Virus record (IMG/VR): IMGVR_UViG_3300046010_004673 | Location: 1-59,374 of that record | From: a virus | Lineage: Duplodnaviria > Caudoviricetes | Length of the DNA: 59,374 nt | Strand: one strand, 5' to 3' | Shown here: positions 1-9,602 of the stretch, piece after piece | How the letters are laid out: each line of letters starts with the position of its first letter | Position numbering within the stretch: position 1 is the stretch's first letter | Notes under the pieces: model-generated | What the model saw: the letters and a program-made list of their open reading frames with translations, nothing else | Database searches by the model: none | What the model was told of the DNA's origin: nothing | Made by a program: the position numbers and the translations under genes

Positions 1-32
1 GTTGCGTATTTCCGATGGTGCAGTAACAGGTG
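1..32. repeat. Terminal overlap identical to 59343-59374 (circular assembly join)
   Basis: gttgcgtatttccgatggtgcagtaacaggtg occurs at both ends; the reading frame continues across the join. Confidence 0.95.
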
Positions 33-1114
33 TTGTTTACGCTTCTAGCGGCCCAGCCATGGTTGTTGGAACTACCAGCAATCACCCAACTGTACTTTAT
101 TCCAACAACGCCGAGCGTATGCGTATTGACTCCTCCGGCAACGTCGGCATTGGCGGGACGGCGAGTGCGTTTTGTAAATTGCAGTTGACTGGAACATATC
201 CAACTTCAAGTAACGCGACTCAAGTTATTCGTTTAGATGGCACGATTCCAAGTGGGTCAACTGGCAGTTATCGCAGTGTTTTGTCTCGCCCAGTAACGCA
301 AGCAACAGCGTTTACTTTAACCAATCTCATCCATTTTGAAGCAGACCCTCAAACTTTGGGTGCAGGGTCAGCCGTAACCAATCAATATGGATTTTTTGCT
401 GAATCTAGCCTCACCGGAGCCACCAACAACTACGGCTTCTACAGCAACATCGCCTCTGGCACAAACCGCTGGAACTTCTATGCAGCGGGGACGGCGAATA
501 ACTATTTTGCTGGTAAAGTTGGCGTTGGGACAACAACACTCAATGTTGGTTTTGAAGTCGCTAGTGCCGCTGTTGAAAATGACCGCTCATTAAGAGTGGC
601 TTTTGACACAACGTATTACTTTGAAATAAGAAATCTCGGCGCGTCTGGCGCGCGATTGCGTAGTAACAACGGTGAAATGTCTTTCAACATCACCGGGACG
701 GATTACGCCCGTTTAACAACGGCGGGCGAATTTATTACTGGTGGAACCACCGACCAAGGCGCATACAACCTGCAATGCAACGGCACAGGCGTATGGGGTG
801 CTGGCGCTTACGTCAACGGTTCTGACGCACGGCTGAAAGACAACATCCAATCGCTTGATTCGGGGCTTGATGTTGTCAAGGCCATTCGTCCCGTGACGTT
901 CCAGTACAAGCCGGAATACAGCAAGGATCAGAGCGTACAACCCGGTTTCATCGCGCAGGAATTGCAGACTGCGATGGCGGGTAAAGCCTACCTTGAAGGC
1001 GTGGTGCAGGAAGGCACAAACCACTTAAATGTGGCGTACCAAAATATCATCCCGATATTGGTCAAAGCGATCCAAGAATTGGAAGCCAAAGTCGCCGCAT
1101 TGGAGGCAAAATGA
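2..1114 (+). CDS. Long tail fibre, 3' part, with C-terminal peptidase S74 intramolecular chaperone
   Basis: ERMRIDSSGNVGIG repeat; SDARLKDNI...RPVTFQY...GFIAQE...LVKAIQEL is the S74 chaperone signature. Confidence 0.88.
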   Translation: MRISDGAVTGVVYASSGPAMVVGTTSNHPTVLYSNNAERMRIDSSGNVGIGGTASAFCKLQLTGTYPTSSNATQVIRLDGTIPSGSTGSYRSVLSRPVTQATAFTLTNLIHFEADPQTLGAGSAVTNQYGFFAESSLTGATNNYGFYSNIASGTNRWNFYAAGTANNYFAGKVGVGTTTLNVGFEVASAAVENDRSLRVAFDTTYYFEIRNLGASGARLRSNNGEMSFNITGTDYARLTTAGEFITGGTTDQGAYNLQCNGTGVWGAGAYVNGSDARLKDNIQSLDSGLDVVKAIRPVTFQYKPEYSKDQSVQPGFIAQELQTAMAGKAYLEGVVQEGTNHLNVAYQNIIPILVKAIQELEAKVAALEAK

Positions 1115-1260
1115 AACTAGAACTTACACACGAGGAAGTGCAGGCCATCCTGCAAGTATTGGGGCAGTTGCCCACTAGCAGCGGCGCGTGGCCGTTGTTG
1201 GTCAAAATTGACGCGCAAGTAAAGGCGCAGACGGAACAGAAGGAGACGGACAATGGCTAA
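1111..1260 (+). CDS. Small tail-associated hypothetical protein (49 aa, not in ORF track)
   Basis: ATGA overlap with the fibre stop; MKLELTHEEVQAILQVLGQLP...; upstream GGAGG. Confidence 0.65.
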   Translation: MKLELTHEEVQAILQVLGQLPTSSGAWPLLVKIDAQVKAQTEQKETDNG

Positions 1261-1561
1261 TTGGAAAATTGAACAGATGATCGTGAATCCGCAAACCGAC
1301 TTGCACACCGATGTGGTGGTGACGGCGGCATGGCGCTGCACGGCGGTGGATGGCGAACACAGCGCATCCAACTACGGCAGCATGGGCTTTGCCTCACCAA
1401 GCGGCGACTTCATCGCTTATCCCGATCTGACCGAGGACACCGTGCTGGGCTGGATTTGGGCAAACGGCGTGGACAAGGCCGAGGTTGAGGCGAACGTGGC
1501 GCGTGAACTCGATATGCAGGTCAACCCGCCGACGGTGGCGAAGCCGTTGCCTTGGGTTTAA
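1253..1561 (+). CDS. Tail-fibre-associated protein
   Basis: AGGAG RBS; FIAYPDLTEDTVLGW...PLPW pattern typical of small genes that follow fibre genes. Confidence 0.65.
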   Translation: MANWKIEQMIVNPQTDLHTDVVVTAAWRCTAVDGEHSASNYGSMGFASPSGDFIAYPDLTEDTVLGWIWANGVDKAEVEANVARELDMQVNPPTVAKPLPWV

Positions 1562-1571
1562 ATAGTCTTTC

Positions 1572-2201
1572 ATGTTCGGTTTCGTCCCATTTGCCGCTGG
1601 TCCGTTCTCTGCGGAGAGTCAGGTCTTTGCGGATGTGGACGTTACCGGCGTTGAGGCGACCGGTGCGGTTGGCGATGTATTCGTTGTCACCGACCAGATT
1701 TTGGTTGTCACCGGGCTTTCGGCTACAGGCGAAGTTGGCACCGTTACAGTTGCTGCTAACGCGACGGTCGAAGTCACCGGGGTCTTTGCGACAGGCGAAC
1801 TGGGCATTGTCACTGTCGCAGCCAATGCGACGGTGGAACCCACTGGGGTTTCAGCCACAGGTCAGATCGGAACCGTTTCGGTCATTACCGATCAGATCTT
1901 CTCGGTCACAGGGGTATCAGGGACTGGCGAAGTTGGCACCGTATTTCCGGTCACAGATCAGGTCATTCTGGTCACCGGGGTATCTGGCACCGGGTTGGTG
2001 GGAACCCCCCTCATCTGGAGCATTATCAATGATGCCCAGAATCCAAACTGGGTTCCTATCGATGCTCGTCAAATTGACCCAGTCATTAGTTCAATCCCCT
2101 TTGCAGGCGGCACCTTTGCGGACGAAACCGGCATTGGATCACCTGCTTGGAATAATATATCCACTACCCAGAATCCAAACTGGACTCAGATAGCGGCTTA
2201 G
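1572..2201 (+). CDS. V/T/G-rich repetitive virion protein
   Basis: N-terminal MFGFVPFAAGPFS; six ~22-aa repeats of VTGVSATGEVGTV; position in the tail module. Confidence 0.65.
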   Translation: MFGFVPFAAGPFSAESQVFADVDVTGVEATGAVGDVFVVTDQILVVTGLSATGEVGTVTVAANATVEVTGVFATGELGIVTVAANATVEPTGVSATGQIGTVSVITDQIFSVTGVSGTGEVGTVFPVTDQVILVTGVSGTGLVGTPLIWSIINDAQNPNWVPIDARQIDPVISSIPFAGGTFADETGIGSPAWNNISTTQNPNWTQIAA

Positions 2202-2211
2202 AGGTTTAAAC

Positions 2212-4128
2212 ATGTCTAGTACATACTCAACCAACCTTGCCATCGAATTGATCGGCACAGGCGATCAGGCAGGTGCATGGGGTAACACCACCAACACCAA
2301 CCTCGGCACTTTGATCGAGCAGGCTATCTCTGGGTATGTCACTCAGGGCGTGACTACGGGCAACACCACCACAATCACCATCCCAAATGGCGCGACGGGT
2401 GTTGCTCGTAACATGTTCATTGAACTCACGGGGACAGGTGGAACGAACACCTTCCTTGAGGTTCCTGCCAACAAGAAACTTTATTTTGTTTACAACAACA
2501 CCACCGGAGCGGTGACGGTTCGCGTATCAGGCCAGACCGGTGTTGCTCTTGCTGTTGGCGAAAAGAAGATTCTGGTTAGCAATGGCACGGACATCGTCGA
2601 AGCGACGACCTACATTATCAGTGGTGGTAGTGCCAACCTGACCACCCTGACCGCGACCAGTGCCAATATCACCACCCTGACTGGAACCACGTTCGGCGAC
2701 ACTGGAATCACCCAGTTGCGCGGGGCCAGCGGCAACATCACGACCTTGACTGGTAGTGTTTTTGGAACGGTTGCTACAACTCAGTTGCGCGGCGCGAGCG
2801 GTGTTATCACGACCCTTGCATCAACCAATGCAACGGTCACTAACCTTTCTGTAACCAGCGCCAACATCACGACACTTACTGGCACTACTTTTGGCGATAC
2901 CTCAACAACTCAGTTGCGTGGCGCGAGCGGTGTCATTACCACTCTCACGGGAACCACGGCTACCTACTCTGATGTTAGAGGAACCAGCGCAAATATCACG
3001 ACGCTGACCGGCACTACGGTTACTTATGCATCCGGAAATATCGGCCAGTTCGGCGCTACATCCGCCAACATCACAACGCTGACTGGTACAAACTTTTCCG
3101 CCACTAGTCTAACTTTGACCAATGCTCTCAAGATCGGTCAAGGTGGAACTGGTCTGTCATCAACTCCGACTAATGGTCAATTGCTGATCGGCAACGGGTC
3201 TGGTTACACACTTGCTGCATTGACCGCTGGATCTAATATCTCAATCACTAACGGCGCTGGCTCGATCAGTATTGCAGCCACTGGCGGGTTGACGGGAACA
3301 ACAAGCGCAAATCTAACTGCTTTGGGCGTTGGTGCTGCGGCAAGTTTAACCAGCGGATCAAGCAATACATGTGTTGGATATAACGCTGGGAATTCTATCA
3401 ACACTGGCAGTTTCAACACTTTAGTTGGGCATGCCGCAGGAGACTCGATCACTGATTCAAATTGGAATTCAATGGTCGGATATTTTGCTGGAAACAATGT
3501 AACCACCGGAACGGCAAATAGTTTTGTCGGTTATTTCGCCGGAAACGGCGTTTCCACTGGTGGCTTAAATTCTGCTCTTGGTGATAGTGCATTTTTCACC
3601 GGTAACCATACCAACTCTGTTGCTCTGGGTTATGACGCACAAATAACTGGAAGCAATCAGGGTCAAATTGGAAACGGAAACGTAGACGTTTATGCCAAGA
3701 GTTTTAATAACACTTCAGATCTCAGAGATAAGGCTGATGTTCAAAGCACTAACCTTGGCTTAGATTTTGTTATGCAGTTGCAACCTCGTATGTTCCGCTG
3801 GGATATGCGCGAGTTTTATCGGCCACAAAAGCCCGGCCCGAATGCAACGCAAGCAGAACGAGATGCTTACAACGAAGCCAGTAAATTGGCGAATTTGACA
3901 CATAACGGCACACACAAACGTAATCGCTTTCATCAAGGCTTGATAGCGCAAGAAGTCAAATCGGTGATGGATAGTATGGGCGTTGACTTCGGTGGCTTTC
4001 GTGATGCCTCAGTCAGCGGCGGCGATGCCCAGATGGGATTGGAATACACCCAGTTCATTGCCCCGCTAATCAAGGCGATCCAAGAACTCAAAGCCGAGTT
4101 TGATGAATACAAGAGGACTCATCCATGA
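2212..4128 (+). CDS. Second tail fibre with peptidase S74 chaperone
   Basis: N-terminal MSSTYSTNLAIELIGTGDQAGAWG anchor; SANITTLTG repeats; N-x-x-VGY-x-AG beta-roll repeats; SDLRDK...HQGLIAQEV...LIKAIQEL. Confidence 0.85.
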   Translation: MSSTYSTNLAIELIGTGDQAGAWGNTTNTNLGTLIEQAISGYVTQGVTTGNTTTITIPNGATGVARNMFIELTGTGGTNTFLEVPANKKLYFVYNNTTGAVTVRVSGQTGVALAVGEKKILVSNGTDIVEATTYIISGGSANLTTLTATSANITTLTGTTFGDTGITQLRGASGNITTLTGSVFGTVATTQLRGASGVITTLASTNATVTNLSVTSANITTLTGTTFGDTSTTQLRGASGVITTLTGTTATYSDVRGTSANITTLTGTTVTYASGNIGQFGATSANITTLTGTNFSATSLTLTNALKIGQGGTGLSSTPTNGQLLIGNGSGYTLAALTAGSNISITNGAGSISIAATGGLTGTTSANLTALGVGAAASLTSGSSNTCVGYNAGNSINTGSFNTLVGHAAGDSITDSNWNSMVGYFAGNNVTTGTANSFVGYFAGNGVSTGGLNSALGDSAFFTGNHTNSVALGYDAQITGSNQGQIGNGNVDVYAKSFNNTSDLRDKADVQSTNLGLDFVMQLQPRMFRWDMREFYRPQKPGPNATQAERDAYNEASKLANLTHNGTHKRNRFHQGLIAQEVKSVMDSMGVDFGGFRDASVSGGDAQMGLEYTQFIAPLIKAIQELKAEFDEYKRTHP

Positions 4129-4610
4129 TGACTCTCGTCAGCACATTCCTATCATTCCTTGCAGGTGGACTTCCCAAGATCCTGTCAATCTTCCAAGACC
4201 GACAGGATAAGAAGCATGAACTTGCTCTCGTCGCTGCTCAGAAGGAGCGTGAGTTGGCTTTGGCTGAACGGGGCTTTCTGGCGCAGGCACGGGTAGAAGA
4301 GATTAAGTTGGAGCAGATCCAGACTCAGACCGCTGCCGAGGAACGTCAGGCTCTCTATCAGCACGACATTGAGATTGGCAAAGGCGCAAGCCAGTGGATG
4401 ATCAATCTTCGTGCCAGTGTGCGCCCTGTTGTGACGTACATCTTCGTGCTGGAGTTGGTGGCACTGAATATCGCCGGAGTCTGGTATGCCTATACCACGG
4501 GCATCCCGTTTGCGATTGCAATGGAGAACGTCTTCTCGGATGACGAGATGTTGATTCTGAGTTCAATCATCGCGTTTTGGTTCGGGACGCAGGCGTTCAA
4601 TAAGAAGTGA
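4125..4610 (+). CDS. Putative holin (3-TM type)
   Basis: Hydrophobic segments; LRASVRPVVTY and IIAFWFG motifs; directly upstream of the lysozyme. Confidence 0.65.
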   Translation: MMTLVSTFLSFLAGGLPKILSIFQDRQDKKHELALVAAQKERELALAERGFLAQARVEEIKLEQIQTQTAAEERQALYQHDIEIGKGASQWMINLRASVRPVVTYIFVLELVALNIAGVWYAYTTGIPFAIAMENVFSDDEMLILSSIIAFWFGTQAFNKK

Positions 4611-5095
4611 AAGTCAGCCCGGCCACAATAGAACTCATCAAACACCACGAGGGTGTGCGGACTAAGCCATATCGTTGTCCGGCGCTTTTGTGGACGGTGG
4701 GGTGTGGCCATGTTATTGACCCTACCCATGCGGCAGTAAAATATGAGGAGCGCAAGAGTCTACCGATACCCGCAGGCTGGGATCGCGTCCTACCGATGGG
4801 AGAGGTGGATACTATTCTTGCTCAAGACCTTGGCCGGTTTGAGCGTGGTGTTCTTCGACTTTGCCCTGCTTCTGCTGGCAATCAGGGAATCTTCGATTCT
4901 CTGGTCAGTTTTTCCTTCAACGTGGGCCTCGGCAATCTGCAACGTAGTTCGCTGCGGATGAAGACCAACCGAGGGGAACTGGAAGAAGCGGCTGACGAGT
5001 TCCTGAAATGGACCAAGGCTGGCGGCAGGGTCTTGCCGGGATTGGTTAAACGGCGCAATGATGAACGTGCGCTGTACCTATCTGGAGTCAGGTAA
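4607..5095 (+). CDS. Endolysin, GH24 phage lysozyme
   Basis: HEGVRTKPYRCPALLWTVGCGH (E-8x-C-5x-T); FDSLVSFSFNVG; LPGLVKRRNDE. Confidence 0.92.
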   Translation: MKVSPATIELIKHHEGVRTKPYRCPALLWTVGCGHVIDPTHAAVKYEERKSLPIPAGWDRVLPMGEVDTILAQDLGRFERGVLRLCPASAGNQGIFDSLVSFSFNVGLGNLQRSSLRMKTNRGELEEAADEFLKWTKAGGRVLPGLVKRRNDERALYLSGVR

Positions 5096-7407
5096 TGCCC
5101 CTGAAGAAAATCATATTCAACCCCGGTGTGAACCGAGAGACCACCAACTACGCAGGAGAAGGTGGGTTCTTTACCGTTGATAAGGTTCGGTTCCGTGGCG
5201 GATTTGCCCAGAAGATTGGCGGTTGGGTCAACGCATCTTCGGTTGCAGGCCAAACCTTCAAGGGGGTTGCTCGTTCCCTTTGGAACTGGGTCACGATCCA
5301 GTCTCAGAACCTTCTTGGCGTGGGAACCAACCAGAAGTTTTATGTGGAACTGGGCGGTCAATACAATGACATTACCCCATTAGCCGGAACCTCCCTGACC
5401 CTTGGGGATAATCCTTTCTCAACCACATCCAGTAGCAAGACTATTGTTGTCACTTCCACTGCTCACGGAACCACCATCGGATCTTTCGTCACATTCTCCG
5501 GCGCAACGACAGTCGCTAGTCTCAATCTCAACGGTGAGTTTGAGATTATCTCGGTTCCCGGCTCAGATACTTTCACCATCATCAGCCCGACAGCGGCCAA
5601 CACAACTGTGGTTGGCGGTGGGTCTTTGGTCATTGCCAGTTTCCAGATTGATGCAGGAACCGCCGTTTACACGACAACGGTTGGTTGGGGCGGACCACCG
5701 TGGGGCGCTGGTGGATGGGGGTCCAATATTCCATCTGGTGTTCCGTTGCGGCTTTGGTCGCAGTTCAACTATGGCGATGACCTGATCTTCGCAGAGCGAT
5801 CTGGCGATATTTATTACTGGACGAAGGATGTCACCACTTGGACTCGCGCCACGACGCTTGAGACCAAGTCCAACTCTTTGGTTAAGTTCTCGACCGCAGC
5901 CACCTTTGCATCTGGAACTACCACCATCGTGGTGGCCAACGCGACTGGGATTAACACCGGATCTGTGGTTTCTGGAACGGGCATCCCCTCTGGAACTTAT
6001 GTCTTGGCATCATGGGGCGGCGGCATTTCAGTCACCTTGTCTGCTGCTACAACCGCTTCGCTTACGGCTTCAGCAGTGTCTTTCAGTTATGCCGGTCGCC
6101 ATGTTCCCAACGAAGTGAATCTGGTTATTGGCTCGCCAGTTAATGACTTTACCATTTGCCTTGGTTCCAACCCATACAGCCCAGTCAACTTTGGAACGGA
6201 CTTTGATCCGCTTCTGGTTCGTTGGTCGGATCAAGACAATCCCTATGAATGGGTTCCCGAAGTCACTAACCAGTCTGGCGAACAAAGGGTTTCCAGCGGG
6301 TCGGAAATTGTTACTGGTATCTCTACTCGTCAGGAAATTTTGGTTCTGACGGATACTTCGGTTTATTCGATGCAGTATTTGGGTCCGCCGTTTGTGTGGG
6401 GATTCAATCTGCTTGATCAAGATATTTCGATTGCCTCTCAGAACGCCATCATTGCTGTAGACAACAACGTCTATTGGATGGGCAAAGACAAGTTCTATGT
6501 CTATAACGGTCGCGTTCAGACTCTTCCTTGCTCAATCCGTCAGCACATCTACAGCACCTTAAACGGCGATCAGTTGGCGCAGATCGTGGCTGGAAGCAAC
6601 GAGGCTTACAGTGAAGTCTGGTGGTTCTATGCCAGCACTGGAAGTTACGTCAACGACACGGTAGTGATCTACAACTACCTTGAGAACACATGGTCATACG
6701 GAAGCATGAATCGCACGGCCTTTGCGCCACAGTCGATTCGTCAGTATCCGATGGTCGCGCTGAGTACTCAGCAGTCCTATCTTGATACCAATATCAATTC
6801 GTCTGTAACGACTATCTCTCTCATCAATGGATTGTCATATCCAGAAAGTGGGACAGTGGTTATCGATTCTGAATACATCACCTATACAGGCATCGCTGGA
6901 AACACGCTGACTGGTTGCACTCGCGGAGCGCATGATCAAAACGGAGTTGCTACCACTGCGGCCTCTCACACCGCTGGAACTTCGGTCACATTGCTGGCCC
7001 CTAATCAGGTCTTGTTCCATGAGATAGGGTGGGATGACGTATCAACCGGTATCGCCAGACCCATTGAATGCTTCATTGAGTCTTCAGACTTTGACATTGA
7101 GGACGGAGAAAACTTCGCGTTTGTATCGAGGATCATCCCGGACATGAAGTTCTTGGGTTCCACGACATCCACTCCGTCTATCACGCTAAGTCTCTACCCG
7201 CATAACTACCCCGGCTCGGCTTATGGAACCCCCGATGTGGATCAAGTTCAGGCCAGCCAAGTACTCCCTATTGATCGCTACACAGAGCAGGTCTATACCC
7301 GTATTCGGGGGAGACAATTGGCACTGCGAGTTTCGTCCAACGGACTTGGTGTGGCATGGCAGATGGGCGCGATGCGTTTAGACATTCGCCCTGACGGTAG
7401 ACGCTGA
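5095..7407 (+). CDS. Tail nozzle / packaged-DNA stabilisation protein (P22 gp10-like)
   Basis: PG...DKVRFR N-terminus; VRWSDQD; VYWMG; C-terminal RIRGRQ...WQMG.MRLDIRPDGRR; podoviral gene order. Confidence 0.7.
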   Translation: MPLKKIIFNPGVNRETTNYAGEGGFFTVDKVRFRGGFAQKIGGWVNASSVAGQTFKGVARSLWNWVTIQSQNLLGVGTNQKFYVELGGQYNDITPLAGTSLTLGDNPFSTTSSSKTIVVTSTAHGTTIGSFVTFSGATTVASLNLNGEFEIISVPGSDTFTIISPTAANTTVVGGGSLVIASFQIDAGTAVYTTTVGWGGPPWGAGGWGSNIPSGVPLRLWSQFNYGDDLIFAERSGDIYYWTKDVTTWTRATTLETKSNSLVKFSTAATFASGTTTIVVANATGINTGSVVSGTGIPSGTYVLASWGGGISVTLSAATTASLTASAVSFSYAGRHVPNEVNLVIGSPVNDFTICLGSNPYSPVNFGTDFDPLLVRWSDQDNPYEWVPEVTNQSGEQRVSSGSEIVTGISTRQEILVLTDTSVYSMQYLGPPFVWGFNLLDQDISIASQNAIIAVDNNVYWMGKDKFYVYNGRVQTLPCSIRQHIYSTLNGDQLAQIVAGSNEAYSEVWWFYASTGSYVNDTVVIYNYLENTWSYGSMNRTAFAPQSIRQYPMVALSTQQSYLDTNINSSVTTISLINGLSYPESGTVVIDSEYITYTGIAGNTLTGCTRGAHDQNGVATTAASHTAGTSVTLLAPNQVLFHEIGWDDVSTGIARPIECFIESSDFDIEDGENFAFVSRIIPDMKFLGSTTSTPSITLSLYPHNYPGSAYGTPDVDQVQASQVLPIDRYTEQVYTRIRGRQLALRVSSNGLGVAWQMGAMRLDIRPDGRR

Positions 7408-8006
7408 TGACAGTCCCTCGCGGTCTAGCGCCACCCAACCTTCCTATTGCACCGGATCTGTATGGGCGGCGTTATCAAGACCAATTGTCAAACGTCTTGC
7501 GATTGTTCTTTACACAATTAACAAATCGCCTCAATTCTCCCACGTCACATGCGTCTTATTTCGACACAACCACTCAAACCAACCCGGTAGCAGATCAAGT
7601 CAATCTGTTTACTTATAACTCAGTGGTATCTGAGTTTCAGGTTACCCGTGGTGTACCGACATCCCAAATTTTTGTCGCCAATACCGGGGTTTATAACTTT
7701 CAGTTTTCGGCGCAGTTGGATAAGGCCGGCGGTAGTGCCAGTGCCGTGTACATTTGGCCAAGGGTCAACGGAGTCAATCTCCCAGATTCGGCCACCAAGA
7801 TAGTGATCGACGGCCCTAACAACGAAATTGTGGCCGCTTGGAACTTTGTCCTCGTCTTAGAGGCGGGAGACTATTTCGAACTGGCATGGCAGTCTTCAGA
7901 TACGGACGTAGTTATCCCGTATGTGACTGCTAGCGGAAACATCCCAGCCATCCCATCGATCATCTTGACGGTGACATGGGCATCCAACTACGAGGCAAAT
8001 GTATGA
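7407..8006 (+). CDS. Tail-associated protein
   Basis: Coupled to the nozzle gene; PPNLPIAP N-terminus followed by a beta-sandwich-like GVYNFQFSAQL domain. Confidence 0.55.
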   Translation: MTVPRGLAPPNLPIAPDLYGRRYQDQLSNVLRLFFTQLTNRLNSPTSHASYFDTTTQTNPVADQVNLFTYNSVVSEFQVTRGVPTSQIFVANTGVYNFQFSAQLDKAGGSASAVYIWPRVNGVNLPDSATKIVIDGPNNEIVAAWNFVLVLEAGDYFELAWQSSDTDVVIPYVTASGNIPAIPSIILTVTWASNYEANV

Positions 8007-8011
8007 CCTCG

Positions 8012-8040
8012 TTGAAATTTAAACGCTGTTACAACAGAAT
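8012..8040 (+). promoter_or_regulatory. Possible sigma70 promoter for the internal virion genes
   Basis: TTGAAA-17 nt-CAGAAT in an intergenic gap; overlaps ATTTAAAC. Confidence 0.35.
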
Positions 8041-8078
8041 CACGGGAACCGTGGCTCCCAACAGGTATAGGAGTTGCC

Positions 8079-9602
8079 ATGTATAACGCGCCATATAAGG
8101 GAGTTGCGGACGAACTTGCTAAGTACGGCAGGTTCGGTGACTCGGAGTTAGTGCATTTAAACCCGATTGAGGTGGGGATCTTGGCATCCCTGTCTCCAAC
8201 TGGGCAGTTGACTATCAACCCAGTCACGGGCCAGAAGGAAGCCTTCCTCCCGTTCCTTGCTCCGCTGCTCGGATCGTTCCTAGGAAGTGCATTCTTGCCG
8301 AGTGTCATCCCGGCACTGGCCGGAAAAGCCGCATTGGCTGGAGCAATTGGCTCTGGTCTTGCCACTACCGCAGCCACCGGAGATCTCAAGGAAGGCATCA
8401 TCTCCGGCATCACCGGGTTCGGGTTGGGCAAAGCATTTGGCGCAGCCAGCGATGCATTGAAGGGCGCTGGGGAAGTTGGCAAAGCGGCAGAAACTGCAAC
8501 CAAGTTCGCAGATATTCCGACCAATATCGACATCCCTCTGTCTAGCATGGCTTCGCAGACCCCGTCAGCGTTGACTGGGATGCCGACCATTGCCAGCACA
8601 GCAGGCGGTGGCATGGGATCAGCGATTGCTCCAGTCACTCCACCGACTACGGCATTAGCCCCCACTCAAGCACTTAGTGCCCCGTTCGAACAACCCGGCG
8701 CTTTCTTAAATCAACTGACTCAGCCCGGATCTTTCCTTCCCATCTATGCTGGAACCAGCACTACAGAGAGCATGCGCCAGCAGGAAGATATGGAGAAACT
8801 GGCCAAAGAGCAGGGCCTCAGCGAGGAAGAAGCCAAGCGTAAGTACGAGGAAGATGCTCGTCGCGCCATTGAAACAGCGCAGCGTCTTTACCCGCAGATG
8901 AGACCGAAGGGTATGTACGCAGGGGGTCAAGTTGAAGGCTATCAAGAAGGCGGCATGTTTGGACAAAACCCATTTGGCGATCAGTACGGTTTAAACAATA
9001 TGTCTGGCGGGTTCTATGACACCCAGTTTGGCCAGACCAGTCCGTCCGATATTCAAGGTCGTCTGCGTGGGCCTGTCAGTGTGGCGGCTCCGTATGCGAG
9101 TTACGGCGCATTGGATGTCGGTGGTAGCGGATATCTCCCCGGTATCGCCCCTGAGTTCCAGTACTTCCGTCAGCCAGAGGAAGTGTATCCGCAGCCTCCA
9201 ATAACCATGGGTCGCGGTAAAGGGGGTGGGTTCGGTGGCGGTATGGGCGGCGGCAGAGGCAGGATCGGCGGCATGCCCGGTGGCAAAGGCGGCGGATTTG
9301 ACGGCGGCTACTCGGGTCCGGGCTTTGGCCAATATGACCCGTATGGCTACGGCGGTGGCTATGGCGGCTATGACGATTATGGTTATGGCGGCGGCTATGG
9401 TGGTGGCTACGGCGGCGGATACAGCAGCATGCCGAGCAAGGGCGGCTACGCCAATCCCCGTAACTCCATGGGATACGGCGGATACAACACTGGATTTGAT
9501 GTCTACAACCAGCCCTACAGCGGCGGTTACGGCGGCTATAGCAATCCGTATGGCGGCGGCTATGGCGGATACAGCGACTCGTTCGCGAGGTTCATGCCAT
9601 GA
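8079..9602 (+). CDS. Putative internal virion protein with Gly/Tyr-rich low-complexity C-terminus
   Basis: GRFGDSELVHLNPIE...TINPVTG N-terminal motif; hydrophobic G/A segment; YGG repeats. Confidence 0.6.
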   Translation: MYNAPYKGVADELAKYGRFGDSELVHLNPIEVGILASLSPTGQLTINPVTGQKEAFLPFLAPLLGSFLGSAFLPSVIPALAGKAALAGAIGSGLATTAATGDLKEGIISGITGFGLGKAFGAASDALKGAGEVGKAAETATKFADIPTNIDIPLSSMASQTPSALTGMPTIASTAGGGMGSAIAPVTPPTTALAPTQALSAPFEQPGAFLNQLTQPGSFLPIYAGTSTTESMRQQEDMEKLAKEQGLSEEEAKRKYEEDARRAIETAQRLYPQMRPKGMYAGGQVEGYQEGGMFGQNPFGDQYGLNNMSGGFYDTQFGQTSPSDIQGRLRGPVSVAAPYASYGALDVGGSGYLPGIAPEFQYFRQPEEVYPQPPITMGRGKGGGFGGGMGGGRGRIGGMPGGKGGGFDGGYSGPGFGQYDPYGYGGGYGGYDDYGYGGGYGGGYGGGYSSMPSKGGYANPRNSMGYGGYNTGFDVYNQPYSGGYGGYSNPYGGGYGGYSDSFARFMP

